From the human T2T-CHM13v2.0 reference genome, Homo sapiens: a stretch of DNA of 64,000 nt. The notes under the pieces are model-generated. The model did not search any database. It was given only the letters and a program-made list of their open reading frames with translations, and had not been told where the DNA came from. The stretch lies in assembly GCF_009914755.1 (NCBI RefSeq), contig NC_060935.1; one strand, given 5' to 3'. The position numbers were made by a program, and so were the translations under genes. Below are positions 30,871 to 43,751 of the stretch, piece by piece. Position 1 is the first letter of the stretch. Each line of letters begins with the position of its first letter.

Positions 30871-31295
30871 ATAGAGAAAGCTGTCAGCTCAGGTCTCTGG
30901 CACAGAGGGCAGCACAGCAAACGCAGGAGTTCCCAAGCCCTTAGCGTCTGTCAAATGTTACTAAATGCTATTGGCTGACAGTTGTTTTAAAGTTGAAGGC
31001 TCAGGTCCTGTGTCATCTCCTGTCTGGTCAATATCACCTCCCTCCCTGGCTTCCCAGGACTGTGAAAGTCAGCCCGCACCCAAGCCCTGTGCGTCTCGGG
31101 CCTGAGGGCTTCACGCTGCCTCTGTGATTCTGGTGACGGCATCTCTGAGGATGCACGACAGGGACTTAGGATTATTCACAATGTCTCACCTTGCTGGCTG
31201 CAATGACTGCTTCAGGGACGGACACAGGACACCGGCTACCCCTCCATCTGGCCCCGGCTGTCTGCCAGACTAACCCTGGGCACAGGTGAAAGTCA

Positions 31296-31592
31296 GGCTG
31301 GGCATGGTGGCTCACCCCTGTAATCCCAGCACTTTGGCAGGCTGAGGCAGCTGGATCACCTGACATCAGGAGTTGGAGACCAGCCTGGCCAACATGGCGC
31401 AACCCCATCTCTACTAAAAATACAAAACTTAGCTGAGTATGGTGGAGCATGCCTATAAGCCCAGCTACCTGGGAAGCTGAGGCAGGAGAATCGCTTGAAC
31501 CTGGGAGGTGGAGGTTTCAGTGAGTCAAGATCGTGACACTGCACTCCAGCCTGGGTGACAAGAGTGAGACTCTGTCTCAAAAAAAAAAAAAA
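31296..31592 (+). mobile_element. Alu (S-type)
   Basis: Full dimer with TSD gaaagtca. Confidence 0.95.
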
Positions 31593-32291
31593 GAAAGTCA
31601 GGGCCACCGGGAGAGCTCCCAATTCCACACCTCACCCCTACTCTGCCAGCAGGGCCCAGCCACCCCCACTTTCTAGGTCAGGATGATGGGGCACAGGAGG
31701 GCAAGCAGGAGCCGCAGTCCTGGCACTGACTTGAAGCCCCTCTGCGGGCCCCACTCCAGCAGTGTCCCTGGGCGGCCAAGGCCCCTTCTGCCCATTTCAT
31801 CCGCCTGAAACCCTGAACGCAGCTGCACCTCAGTTCCCATGCCAGTTTCAGGAAAACAGAGGCCACTGGGCCAAAGACGGGCTTCCCAGAGCCCCACTGG
31901 GTCCTGCCGGGGTCCAGCCCCTGCCTGTGTGGCCAGGTGGGTGCCGCTCTTTCATGCGTGCAATGGACGACGCATGGACAGGGCGGCAGCATTCATCTCC
32001 ACCAACTGAACTCAAAAGCATGAGTCCTTCTTTCCTGCTGAGCTGACCCCACCCAAGCAACGTTCTTGAAGGAGAGGGTGGCCAGGACATTCCCTGGTGG
32101 GTGAGGCCAGGGCAGCCCTTGGGACTGGCTGCCACTTTGTAGAAATACATCCAGAGTTGTTCTGAACCCGGGAAGGCCAACCAGCCCCTTGGCAGCTGGG
32201 AGAGACCCAGAAGGAACAGGGATGCCCCCACCCCACACACTCCCAGAGCAGGGACTCAGGTGTCTCAGGAATGTTCTCAGGACAGTGGTCC

Positions 32292-32324
32292 AGCAGTGCC
32301 AGTGGACGCCACCAGAGGGCGCCC
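32292..32324 (+). promoter_or_regulatory. CTCF binding site with upstream motif
   Basis: Core CCACCAGAGGGCGCC (32309-32323) fits CCASYAGRKGGCRS. GCAGTGCC upstream (ZF9-11) motif sits at the usual spacing. Confidence 0.75.
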
Positions 32325-32427
32325 CCAGGGGCGGAGCTGGCTGAGCCTCACACCTGAGGGAGCAGAGGTGTGCAGGTGCACTGGCTCCTACCCTCCCGGA
32401 CCAGCACCTTTAGGAGGATGGGAGAAG

Positions 32428-32429
<2 letters not shown>

Positions 32430-32483
<54 letters not shown>
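32430..32483. repeat. (CA)n microsatellite
   Basis: About 26 units. Confidence 0.98.
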
Positions 32484-32485
<2 letters not shown>

Positions 32486-33399
32486 AAATGAGAAGGAGGA
32501 GGCACAGGGAGGAAGGAAGAACACAGGCCAAGGGACAGGTGGACAGGTAGGCAGGAGAGACTGTGGGGGAGGATGGGGGCAGGGACAAGTGTGGGGCGTG
32601 TTCCTCTCTCTGTCTCAGAGGGACAGCCCTGCCACAGGCTCTGGCTCACCTGGGAGGGGCTTGTGCAGTGATGGGCAGCGAGGGACCCTGTGGTGTCTCC
32701 ACTAACAGCCCTCACCTCCCAGCGGACACTCACCATCCACAGATCGGCCCCCTCACACCCCTTGCAGCCCCCTTCCTGTTACACCATCACTGCAACACCA
32801 GCTCCCAGGCTGGGCCCGGTGAGCTCCTTGGGGCGCTCGCCATTGTGCAAGCTGGCTCAGGGCAGCTTCGAACCAGGGTTGGCACCTCCATGCAGGAAGC
32901 AGACCCTGCCTACAGCTCTGAGCCCAGGCCAGGAGGCACTGGGTTGCTTGGTGCCAGCAGGAGTCCCGGTGGGGGCCCTGGGGAGGCTGGGAGGCCTCCC
33001 TGAACCCCATCAAGGCTGCACTTGAGGGTGTGACCTGAGGCTGGTTCTGACCACACTGCCACGCCCACTGCAGTCCTGGCCAAGGTTTCTGGGGCTTTGG
33101 GTCAGCGTTTAGGCAAATAGGTCTGGCCCAAGAGGGGTGCTGAGCATGTGCAGAGGGACAGGGGACCTGGCCAGTCGCCTCCCTGCCCAGGACAGTCGGC
33201 CTCCTCCTACCTGGCCATCTCTGCTTCCCCTGCTTCTTAGCCCACACAGGCCTCTGCCACCGGGACAATAACACCTGATACCCTGTGCTCCCTGCCCCAT
33301 GGCAGCCAGCGGGGTCTTTCTACACTGTCCACAATAAGGATGAAGATGAAGACGACCCTAAGAGTGGCCGACGTTTCTGCAGAACCGAAGACTGTCTAT

Positions 33400-33570
33400 G
33401 AGCAGCTGTGGATGTCAGTGCAGGCCAGGTGCTGAAAGCCACTTAATCCACCCAGCACACTCGGGAGGGGGTGAAAGTCATCAGCCCCACTTTACACAGG
33501 AGAAAACAGAGGCACAGAACCAGCAAGTGACTTGCCCAAGGTCAGCTGGCGGGTGGGTAGAGCCAGGTAG
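33400..33570. mobile_element. MIR fragment
   Basis: 'ccccactttacacaggagaaaacagaggcacaga...aagtgacttgcccaaggtca'. Confidence 0.75.
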
Positions 33571-34941
33571 CCCTGGCGGTCAGCACTGCTTGGGGGATGT
33601 TCAGCACCGGTTGCTCAGCATGGGCTGATGGGCAGCTGCTCCACCCTTCAGACAGGAGGAAGTGGGGAGGGCTTTCCCCTCCACGGCAGGGAGAGCACGC
33701 TGTCACTTATGCTTCTGATGGTAACCAGAAAGAGCTCTGGGTCACCCAGGGCCCCCAGAGGCTGGGAGCTAGCAGCCTCCCTGAAAGTGGCCCGTTAGTG
33801 CCACATGGCCAGGGCCCGTTGCCCTAGGAAAGAGCTGGTTTTTCAGGAATAGTAAGGCAGGCGCACAAGGCATGGGGCTGAGCTTTGAGCTTCGAGGATG
33901 AACAAGGAGCAGAGGGGCTCAGCCACCTCCTGGAGCCTCCAAAAGGCCCTGGGTTGGGTTGCACAGTCCTGTGATCCACCATCCAGCATCACCAGGGCTG
34001 GCCGAATGAGCGTTTCCCTATCTCAATAAAGGCCACTTCCACAATGGGGCCTCGGTCCACAGCCAGGAAGCAGACAGCTCTAGCCAGGCCCCCCTCCCCT
34101 GGCTGTACCTTGTTTGCAGGACATTCAGACCAAGTGTGCTCAGGGCACCAGCCTTTGCACCCCGGCTATGTCACCTGAATGTCCCTGCGCCCAGCATGGG
34201 CCTGGGTAACTGCTCCATAAGCAAACAATGTGCAGTGAACTGGCTCCCTTCTGTGCCTCTCACCGTGCAAAGACACTTCTGCCCCCCGAATGCATATGGC
34301 CCTATGCAGGGACAGAACACAACAGTGGCACCTGCATGCCCCACCCTCATCCCAGGGGACCTCAAAAAGATGCCTGGAGAAGCATGCCTGCCTCCAACTC
34401 TCCATCCCACCTGGTCGCCTCGAAGGCAAATGCTCACCACTGCTGTCCCATAGGAGGGGACGTCAGTGCCACTGGCAGGTCCTAGTTAGGACACGGGTCT
34501 TAAGGGAAGGACCTCTCAGCTCATCAGTGCCCATCCAGAGGGTTCCTCCTACAGCACAGCTATTGCTACCATTGAGGATGCTGAATCCTGGACAGATGGA
34601 TATGGACAGGGAGGCTGTGAAGGGGTGGGGAAAGGGAAGATGGAACAAGGCCAAGAAAGAAGGGACTGACGGGTCAGGGCCACCAGGTAAGAGCAGTGCC
34701 CCTCGACTTGGGACAGGCAGTGGCCCACAGTTAGGGGGACTGGCTGTCCTGATTTTAGCACTGAAAGTCCCACATCACAGGCAAACCTGAATGGTTGGTC
34801 ACTCTACCAACGGTTCTAGGTGACAAAGGGGACAGTCTTGGCCGAGCTCTGGGTCTTGGGTTGGACATGGACCTGGGCTCTAAGAACCAATGTGGAATGC
34901 GCACTGGCTGGACAAGGTGCTGTGGGAGGCGGCCACCCTGA

Positions 34942-35280
<339 letters not shown>

Positions 35281-35419
35281 CCTTGTTTTATAATTGACAA
35301 AGATTAGGCAGATTGGGTTTTACCTGCCCAAGGTTATGCAGCTATACAATGGTACAGTACAGAAGCGTGTATGCAGGAGGCCAGGCAATGAGCATTTGAG
35401 GCAGGCTGGCCACCATGAT

Positions 35420-35612
35420 GACCACACACACACACATACACAATGATTCTCTCTCTAACATGCACGCGCATGTCTACACACCAGCATGCACACAGGCAAA
35501 TGCACACAGACCAAAAAAACACAAAAATGCATGCACATACATACACAGGCATACACAAACACATACACACATGCACACACACATGTGCATTCTGTCCCCC
35601 GTTCCTCACACA
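35420..35612. repeat. Degenerate (CA)/(CATG) low-complexity tract
   Basis: Visible directly in the sequence. Confidence 0.85.
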
Positions 35613-37609
35613 TGAACAGGGAAACAGGGATGGTCAGACCGCAGCTGCAATACACCCGGCTGCTTCTCTCTTTCCCGAGCCACATCTAGCACATCTAGTC
35701 TGCAGCCAGCTCAAGTCCCTGGCCACGCTGCCTTTGCTGTCTTATTAGATTTTGTACTGGGTGAAGGGGACACACTCTTTTTAAAACTGTAGTCAGAAGT
35801 CTTGCTAAGTGTGTGAAGTGGAATTGGCTGCCTCGGGGGAGCCCTTTAATTTAGCTTCCCATTGTTCTCAGCACCTGGGACTCCTCCCTTGGGGTCCTTC
35901 CAAGCAGGAATCTAGACCAGAAGCAGCTGGACCTCCTTGTTTGGCTCTGGTGGGAAGCGTCTGTGGGCTAAAGGCCAAAGCGTTGAGAGGACGTGGGGTC
36001 TGCCAGCTCTAAGAGGATCAGGCCTCGACCCTGTCTAGGGGCCGGGAGAAGTGGGCTCTCACCGGCATGTTCTCCCCACAAACTCCTTGGCTGTGGCCCC
36101 AAAGCCTGGGCTGCTGGTCATAGTCAGGGTGATCAGCCCCTCCTGGGACCACGTGAGGCACTGACCCTCCTCAAACTCACACGGAGCTTGCCAGGTGGAG
36201 CCCCTGGGGGCAGGGGTGGTGGCGGTCTTCCTCCCTGACATCCCTGACCTTAGCTGGCAACAGAGCATGACCCAGGCCTGCAAGACTCCCCGCAGCCAGG
36301 CTCTGGACCCCGAGTGGCTTTGAGGCCAGGGAGGAAACAGGAAGCATGTAGGATGGGGGCGAGGGTCAGGGGCCTCAGCACTGAATGCCGACATCACCAA
36401 AAACATGGCAACGGCCGGGGAAGCACGGGTCCAAGGCCCAAATCTGAGGGAGTGCCAAGTCACCAGATGCCAGAGCCAGGGGCCTGTGCCGAGTCCTGCC
36501 CTTGCTACGTTCTGGCTGTGTGACCTCGGGCTCCTCATAGAGGCGTCTGCAGCAAAGAAGCCAGCACAGTGAACTCCTGGAGCAGCTGTACCCATGAGAA
36601 TGTGGAGGCATCGGTGGCAACGGCCACTGCCCCTGCAGGTGCAGCTTTCGTGGCTGGAACCAACACCAACCCTAGCACCTGGGGCCCCGACAATGAGCTG
36701 ATCCCTGGGAAGTCTCTTCCTCGACTGAAAATTCTGGGAGGTGGCGTGAGAAAGGCAGAGACCTGCTTGGGAGTTGGAGCTCTGAGTGCAAATCCAGCTC
36801 CCCTGGCTGCTTGGGAGGCAGGAGGGTGGGGAGAGACCCAGACCTGGAGTTGGACGCCGAATGGGGTGCTGGGCAGGAGACCACAGGCAGTTCCCAAAGT
36901 CTGCCCTATGCTGCCCATGTCCTTGTCTAGGAAATGGAACGAGGCACAGGCTCCTGTCACCTGGGGCTGCTTCAGAGACTGACAGACATGCCCTCTGTGC
37001 TCCTGCCATGCTGGACCCAGGCCTGCAAGTGCTCCCCTGAGGGTTAGCGCTACCTGAGACCATCCCTGCAGCTGCTGAGACAGCCAGACGCCAGAGCCCT
37101 GAGCCGGCCTCTCCGGCCCCCAGCATTCTCCTCTGGGCTGGGTTTCTCCCTGCCACCCACGTGTGCACCCTCAATTTGGATAAGGTGTGTTTGCAGGCTT
37201 GCAAACATGGCCCTCGGGAGGGCACACACCCCTGACCAGGCTTGCAGCCCTGCCTCTCTCCCTCTTGACATTTCACTTAGGACCAAGAAGTCAGTACACA
37301 AGGAAAGGAAACAGGACCCGAGACGCCAGCAGTATCCCCAGTCCACCCCAGGATGCTCAGCTCAGCCTGCACACCTGCCCCGAGCTTTCATCGCGTGCCT
37401 CCATGAGGCTCGGGAAGGTGACCCCAGCCCCCCAAGGGGAGACCGTGCCAGCAGGGACAGTGAGCAAAACTCAGGCATGAAAGTTTCCTCAACATCTGGG
37501 TTGGAATAAAATGGGCTTCCTGCTCAACTTCTGGGCCACCCCAAGTTGGAGGAGCTGGGACCCCCAGCACGTGGCGGTCTTCCTTCCCTTGGCGTCTGCC
37601 ACTCCTTAC

Positions 37610-37928
37610 CCGACATGCCAGAGAGGCTGCGGCCTCTTGCCGTCCTCGCCTGCGCCGCCCAGCCTGTTGAGCGATGGGGACCGGCTGCGGGGCCCGGGCA
37701 CGTAGCTCCCAATGGTCTTCGCGGCCCCCTCGGGCTTGCTGGGCATCTGCTGCAGCAGCTGGGGTGACAGGCTGCGGTGCGAGGTGGCCGTGGAGCAGAC
37801 GGCCCAGTCGGGAGCGCTGGCATTGAGGTTGTTGTCACTGTTGGAGCGCAGCAGGACCCGGGGGGCGGCCAGCGTGTTGGGGGGCCGCCGCCGGCGGTTG
37901 GAGTACGCCGGGGCCTCTCGGAAGGGCA
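37610..37928 (-). CDS. SHANK2: SHANK2 coding exon, 319 nt (VPFREAPAYSNRRRRPP...PQPLWHVG), linker preceding SH3
   Basis: Acceptor ccttctccccag|TG and donor GG|gtaagg (phase 1 to phase 2). Translation matches human SHANK2. The exon is CpG-rich. Confidence 0.97.
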
Positions 37929-38338
37929 CTGGGGAGAAGGACATGGAGAGAGGCCGGTGAGTGCATCTGTGTCGTGGTCAGCTGGGTGGGGACCCTAGGG
38001 AGGTGCAGGCCTGCGTGCGTCCAAGCCCCCATGCGAGCCCAGCAGAGGGGAGCTGTGAGTTCTGGGCCGAGACCCCAGCTGGACTCCACCAGGCCCAGAA
38101 CTCACCCCTGACATGGAAGCAGAGAGACAGGCTGGGGACGGAGAACATCTCCACGGCACGGAGCTCAAGCCAGTACTTCGCATGGAAGGGACGTGGGGTC
38201 TGAGCTTCCATCTGGCCTGGGAGACGTCCGGCTGGCTTGGGCATGTGTAAGGACGGGCCACCCCATCACACAAAGCAGAGAGGGCACTGAGCTGCCTGCC
38301 GCAAGATGCCTCCTCCCCACAACCTAAGTTGAGCCTCT

Positions 38339-39025
<687 letters not shown>

Positions 39026-39624
39026 ACAGTCTCCGAGTCCACTGGCTGGATGATTCAATCTCAGTCCTCACTAAGAAGGTGCCTTCCTCCCTCCCATCAA
39101 GTGGGGACTGTGTGAGGAAGCAGGGGCTGGGCACCCCTTATCTGGCATCCTACAAAGCTCTAGACAGGGCCAGGCCCTCACTCTCCTCACTCAATGAGAC
39201 CAGGGGCTCAGAATGACAGCAACAGCCCCTGGGAGCTTTGAGGGGTGGCAGCCACGCCGCAGCTGCCTTGGTTTACCCAGAGCTCCAGAGCCTAAGACAG
39301 CGAGTGCCCTTTCCAAGAAAGAAGACCTCCTGAAAGGCAGCCCTCCAAGCTCCGCAGGAAACAGCAGAAACCACCATCACTGGGGGGCCAAAGGCACGGG
39401 CTTCTCCCCGGCCCGTGATAATCGTGCCTGCAGCAGCTTTTCACTGGCTACAGGATTCAGCCCTTAGGCTGAAGCCACGCTTGGCTCCGAAGTTTCCACT
39501 GCACAGGACCAGGGCTACCATCTGACAAACTGCAAGGCAAGAGAAAACACGTGTCCTCCCTGGGATTGGGTCTGGGGGAACCTTCATGCCTCAGAGGAGA
39601 AGAACGTCACAAGTAGTTTAGGAC

Positions 39625-41408
39625 ACAGGTGGCAGTGACGAAGCTCTTGGGGACATGGATGGTGCTGGCAGAACTCAAGGGGGATAGAGGTGGTGCTGGC
39701 AGAGGTCACAGGGACAAAGATGGCACTGGCAGAATTCATAGGGGACAGAGGTGGAGTTGGCAGAGTTCATGAGGGACAGAGGTGGCGCTGGAAGAGTTCA
39801 CGGGGGACAGAGGTGGCGCTGGCAGAGTTCACGGGGGACAGAGGTGGCACTGGCAGAGTTCACGGGGGACAGAGGTGGCACTGGCAGAGCTCATGGGGGA
39901 CAGAGGTGGCGTTGGCAGAGCCCATGGGGGACAGAGGTGGCGCTGGCAGAGGTCATGGGGGACAGAGGTGGCGCTGGCAGAGGTCATGGGGGACAGAGGT
40001 GGCGCTGGCAGAGGTCATGGGGGACAGAGGTGGCGCTGGCAGAGCTCATAGGGGACAGAGGTGGCGCTGGCAGAGTTCATGGGGGTCAGAGGTGGCGTTG
40101 GCAGAGGTCACGGGGGGCAGAGGTGGCACTGGCAGAGGTCACGGGGGACAGAGGTGGCACTGGCAGAGGTCACGGGGGACAGAGGTGGCACTGGCAGAGG
40201 TCACGGGGGACAGAGGTGGCGCTGGCAGAGCCCATGGGGGACAGAGGTGATGTTGGCAGAGTTCATGGGGGACAGGTGGCGTTGGCAGAGCCCACGGGGG
40301 ACAGAGGTGGCGCTGGCAGAGCTCACGGGGGACAGAGGTGGCGCTGGCAGAGCTCACGGGGGACAGAGGTGGCGCTGGCAGAGCTCACGGGGGACAGAGG
40401 TGGCGCTGGCAGAGCTCACGGGGGACAGAGGTGGCGCTGGCAGAGCTCACGGGGGACAGAGGTGGCGCTGGCAGAGTTCACGGGGGACAGAGGTGGCGCT
40501 GGCAGAGTTCACGGGGGACAGAGGTGGCGCTGGCAGAGTTCATGGGGGACAGAGGTGGCGGTGGCAGAGTTAATGGGGGACAGAGGTGGTGTTGGCAGAA
40601 CTCATGGGGGACAGAGGTGGCACTGGCAGAGTTCATAGGGGACAGAGGTGGCGTTGGCAGAACTCGGGGGACAGAGGTGGCATTGGCAGAGGTCATAGGG
40701 GACAGAGGTGGCGTTGGCAGAGTTCACGGGGGACAGAGGTGGCATTGGCAGAACTCATGAGGGACAGAGGTGGCGCTGGCAGAGTTCATGAGGGACAGAG
40801 GTGGCGCTGGCAGCGTTCACGGGGGACAGAGGTGGCGTTGGCAGCGTTCACGGGGGACAGAGGTGGCGTTGGCAGCATTCACGGGGGACAGAGGTGGCAT
40901 TGGCAGAACTCATGAGGGACAGACGTGGCGCTGGCAGAACTCATGAGGGACAGAGGTGGTGTTAGTAGAGCTCATGAGGGACAGAGGTGGCGTTGGCAGC
41001 GTTCATGGGGGACAGAGGTGGCGTTGGCAGCATTCATGGGGGGCAGAGGTGGCGGTGGCCGAGTTCATGAGGGACAGAGGTGGCGTTGGCAGAGCTCCTG
41101 GGGGACAGAGGTGGCACTGGCAAAGCACATGAGGACAAAGGTGGTGCTGGTAGATTTCACTGAGGACAAAGGTGGCACTAGCAGAGCTCACAGGTACAGA
41201 GGTGGTATTGACAGCTCCCAAGGACAGAGGTGGTGCTGGCAGCGCTCACAAGGGACACATGTGGTGCTGGCAGGTTTCATTGAAGACAAAGATGGCATTG
41301 GCAGGGCTCACAGGACAGAGGTGGCGTTGATGGAGCTCCTGAGGGCAGAGGAGGTGCTGGCAGAGCTCATGGGGGATGGAGGGTGCTGGCAGAGCTCACG
41401 GGAGACAG
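39625..41408. repeat. 31-bp minisatellite/VNTR, ~57 copies, consensus GAGGTGGCGCTGGCAGAGTTCACGGGGGACA
   Basis: Visible directly, with 31-aa periodicity in the overlapping ORFs. Homogeneous centre and degenerate edges. Confidence 0.97.
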
Positions 41409-43714
41409 TTGTGACCCGGCGCACCTTCCCCACCTCCCCAGGACACAGGGCAGCCCTGGAGACAGAGCTAGAGCCAAGCCTGGGGAGCCGCACAGAGCTG
41501 CGCAAAGCGTCCTGAGGTTGGATACTTGGACTTGACACACTTGGACGTCAGTGCCTGCTGTCGGTAAGAACCTGGAGGTGGTACATTGGGGAGGTCGCGG
41601 TGTCACACCTGCTCTGATCTGGTTCCTCTGTGAAGCCTTTCTGTCATTGAAGATGCCCTGCTAAGCAGCCGGGGCTCCTCAGCCAGCACTTTCATCCCAC
41701 TCCTAATTTCTCAAAGCACACGGATCCATGAACGCCACCCAGGCTGGCCGGGGAGAGACAAGGAACGGAAAAAGCTGACGGCACTCTCCGTGGACATCTC
41801 TCCTTCCAGAGCCCCTCGAGGGGCTTGGCCTGGGATCCACAGCCACCACCCACGAGAAAAACCTCATCCCTGGGACAGGTCACCGAGTCTGTTTTGTTGG
41901 TCTTGAGGGAAAACCATGTTGGTGCCCTCCCTCTGGACCGGCAGAGACTAAAAAAAACCTTGTAGATCACTGAGTGTTTGCATGGAGGCTTACAAAGATA
42001 CGACTGGCCCAGAGGGCTTCCGGGTGATCCGGGAACTGCCTGTCATTGGAGGGGGCTGGGCGGGTGGATTAAAAGACCTTGCAAAGGGCTGATGAGCCCA
42101 CAGTCTCAGAGAGCGATTATCTTTCATTTACAGAGATTACGTGTTGGAAGACTGTATTGGTGTGAGAGCCAAAATCTCAAACAGACACAGCCAGCAGAAA
42201 GCAGCCGCAGAGCCCCCAGCTTCCTGGGGCACCCCAGGAGAGGCCACGGCTCTCCCTACCCATGTGGAGGAGACATCACAGGGCCCCCAGTCACGGAAAC
42301 GCTGCCTCCCACAGCCGACTGCCTCACGCCCAGCTTCCCCGCCCCGACAATGCAGCCAATTCTCTTTTTCTGACCCTTGTAACTGGGGGAGGTATGCATA
42401 CTCTTCATAGCAAGTGATGGCATTTGGGGGAGTCCTGGCAGTTGCTAAGATAAACTCATTAGGAAAAAAAAAGTCTATAAAAGAACAGAACAGATACAGA
42501 ATTAACCTAACACCAAAACCCCCAACTGAAATTTTCATGCTGTTCATGGATTATAAAAATTGAAACCCCAGAAGGTGAATTTTGGTGAATAATGTCAGAA
42601 AATGGGCACAGACAAAGGTTGTTATTTATATACATTCCTAAGACTCTGTCAGAAGAGTATGGACTTAGAGGGGGGAAGAATTCACATGGGGAGGCCACCC
42701 TTGGAGGATTAAGGAATAAAAGAGCTGGGACATTTTCAAATACATTTTTACTCTGTAGACCACGCAAGTTACTCAAATGAAATCTCACCGGTGACATCAG
42801 TGTGAACATTTTAATGAAAATTACCTCGCGTAATTACCAAGATTCATATTAAATTAGTTTCCTGAGTACTGAAATTTCTTTGGTGTTTATTTTGCAACGA
42901 GCTGGGGCTGGGAAGTACCTTCCTCATTTCTCTAAAGTCATACCTTTTTATGATATCTGATTTCCTAAAATGAGAGCTCTCTGACAAAACTCTCTAACTG
43001 GAACCATCCATGGAAATGATGATTTTTTTTTTTGTGAAAAGGGTTAAAAATAACTGTTTTCTGTCTGAAAATGATTAATATTCCACCCAACTGTTTCCTT
43101 CTTTTAGGCAATCTGCACTCTAAATAGGTGGATATTTTCTTAGCTGGCTTACATGCATTTATTTATACATTTTTTTCCCCACAATAAAAATTACACAAGG
43201 TATGACAAAGAGAGTGTGCACTTTTAAAGTTGGCCACGCTCCCTTCCCATCCATTCCATGTAACTGCAACCCCGGGATGGGAGAGCCGGGAGCGGCTCGG
43301 AAGGTAGCCACCCATTTGGTGCAGCCAGCCATGTGCCCCGACCTGCCTCGGCCAGTGCCTAGCAGCCCTCTGGTCACTGAGGACTATAGTCAAAACTTCC
43401 TTTATTTTCCCTAGGACTTAGTTCCTAACACACTCCGTGGCACGGTCCCCACGGATGGCCATTCCGGAATGGAGTTCCACAAGGGCTGAAGGTTTGAAAG
43501 CAGCACACGATAAGGCGAGACCTTCCACCGCGTTATATTCCAGACCAACTCAAACCAAACCGTATCCCAAACCAAAGTCATTATCCCCTGACATGCTAGG
43601 GATTAACAACTGGCAATTTTAGGAGGAACTGGAGTCCTCCCTCTCCCCCACCCCGAGAATCAGCAAGCAGCTGCTAATTCCCATGCACCCGGCTCCCGAC
43701 AGCTTTTTCCTTAC

Positions 43715-43751
43715 CTTCCTTCTTGGTGAAGGCATTTAACAAAGACTTCAT
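43715..43751 (-). CDS. SHANK2: SHANK2 alternative first coding exon (Shank2A/ProSAP1-type N-terminus MKSLLNAFTKKE)
   Basis: Minus strand reads ATG AAG TCT TTG TTA AAT GCC TTC ACC AAG AAG GAA G|gtaagg. The phase-1 donor joins the 37928 acceptor to give G+TG=Val, producing MKSLLNAFTKKEVPFREAPAY, the known N-terminus of the ankyrin-less SHANK2 isoform. The 5' (UTR) end of the exon cannot be determined from sequence. Confidence 0.93.

Noticed and set aside
33600-33620. REST/RE1 site
   Set aside because: Only the left half TTCAGCACC is present; no GGACAG at the proper spacing.
36059-37276. 405-aa minus-strand ORF following the 319-nt exon
   Set aside because: No recognisable domain, Gly/Ala/Pro/Arg composition typical of GC-rich non-coding DNA, and separated from the exon by the in-frame stop at 37606-37608.
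39625-41408. CRISPR-like array
   Set aside because: Head-to-tail units without unique spacers, no cas genes, human intron; it is a minisatellite.
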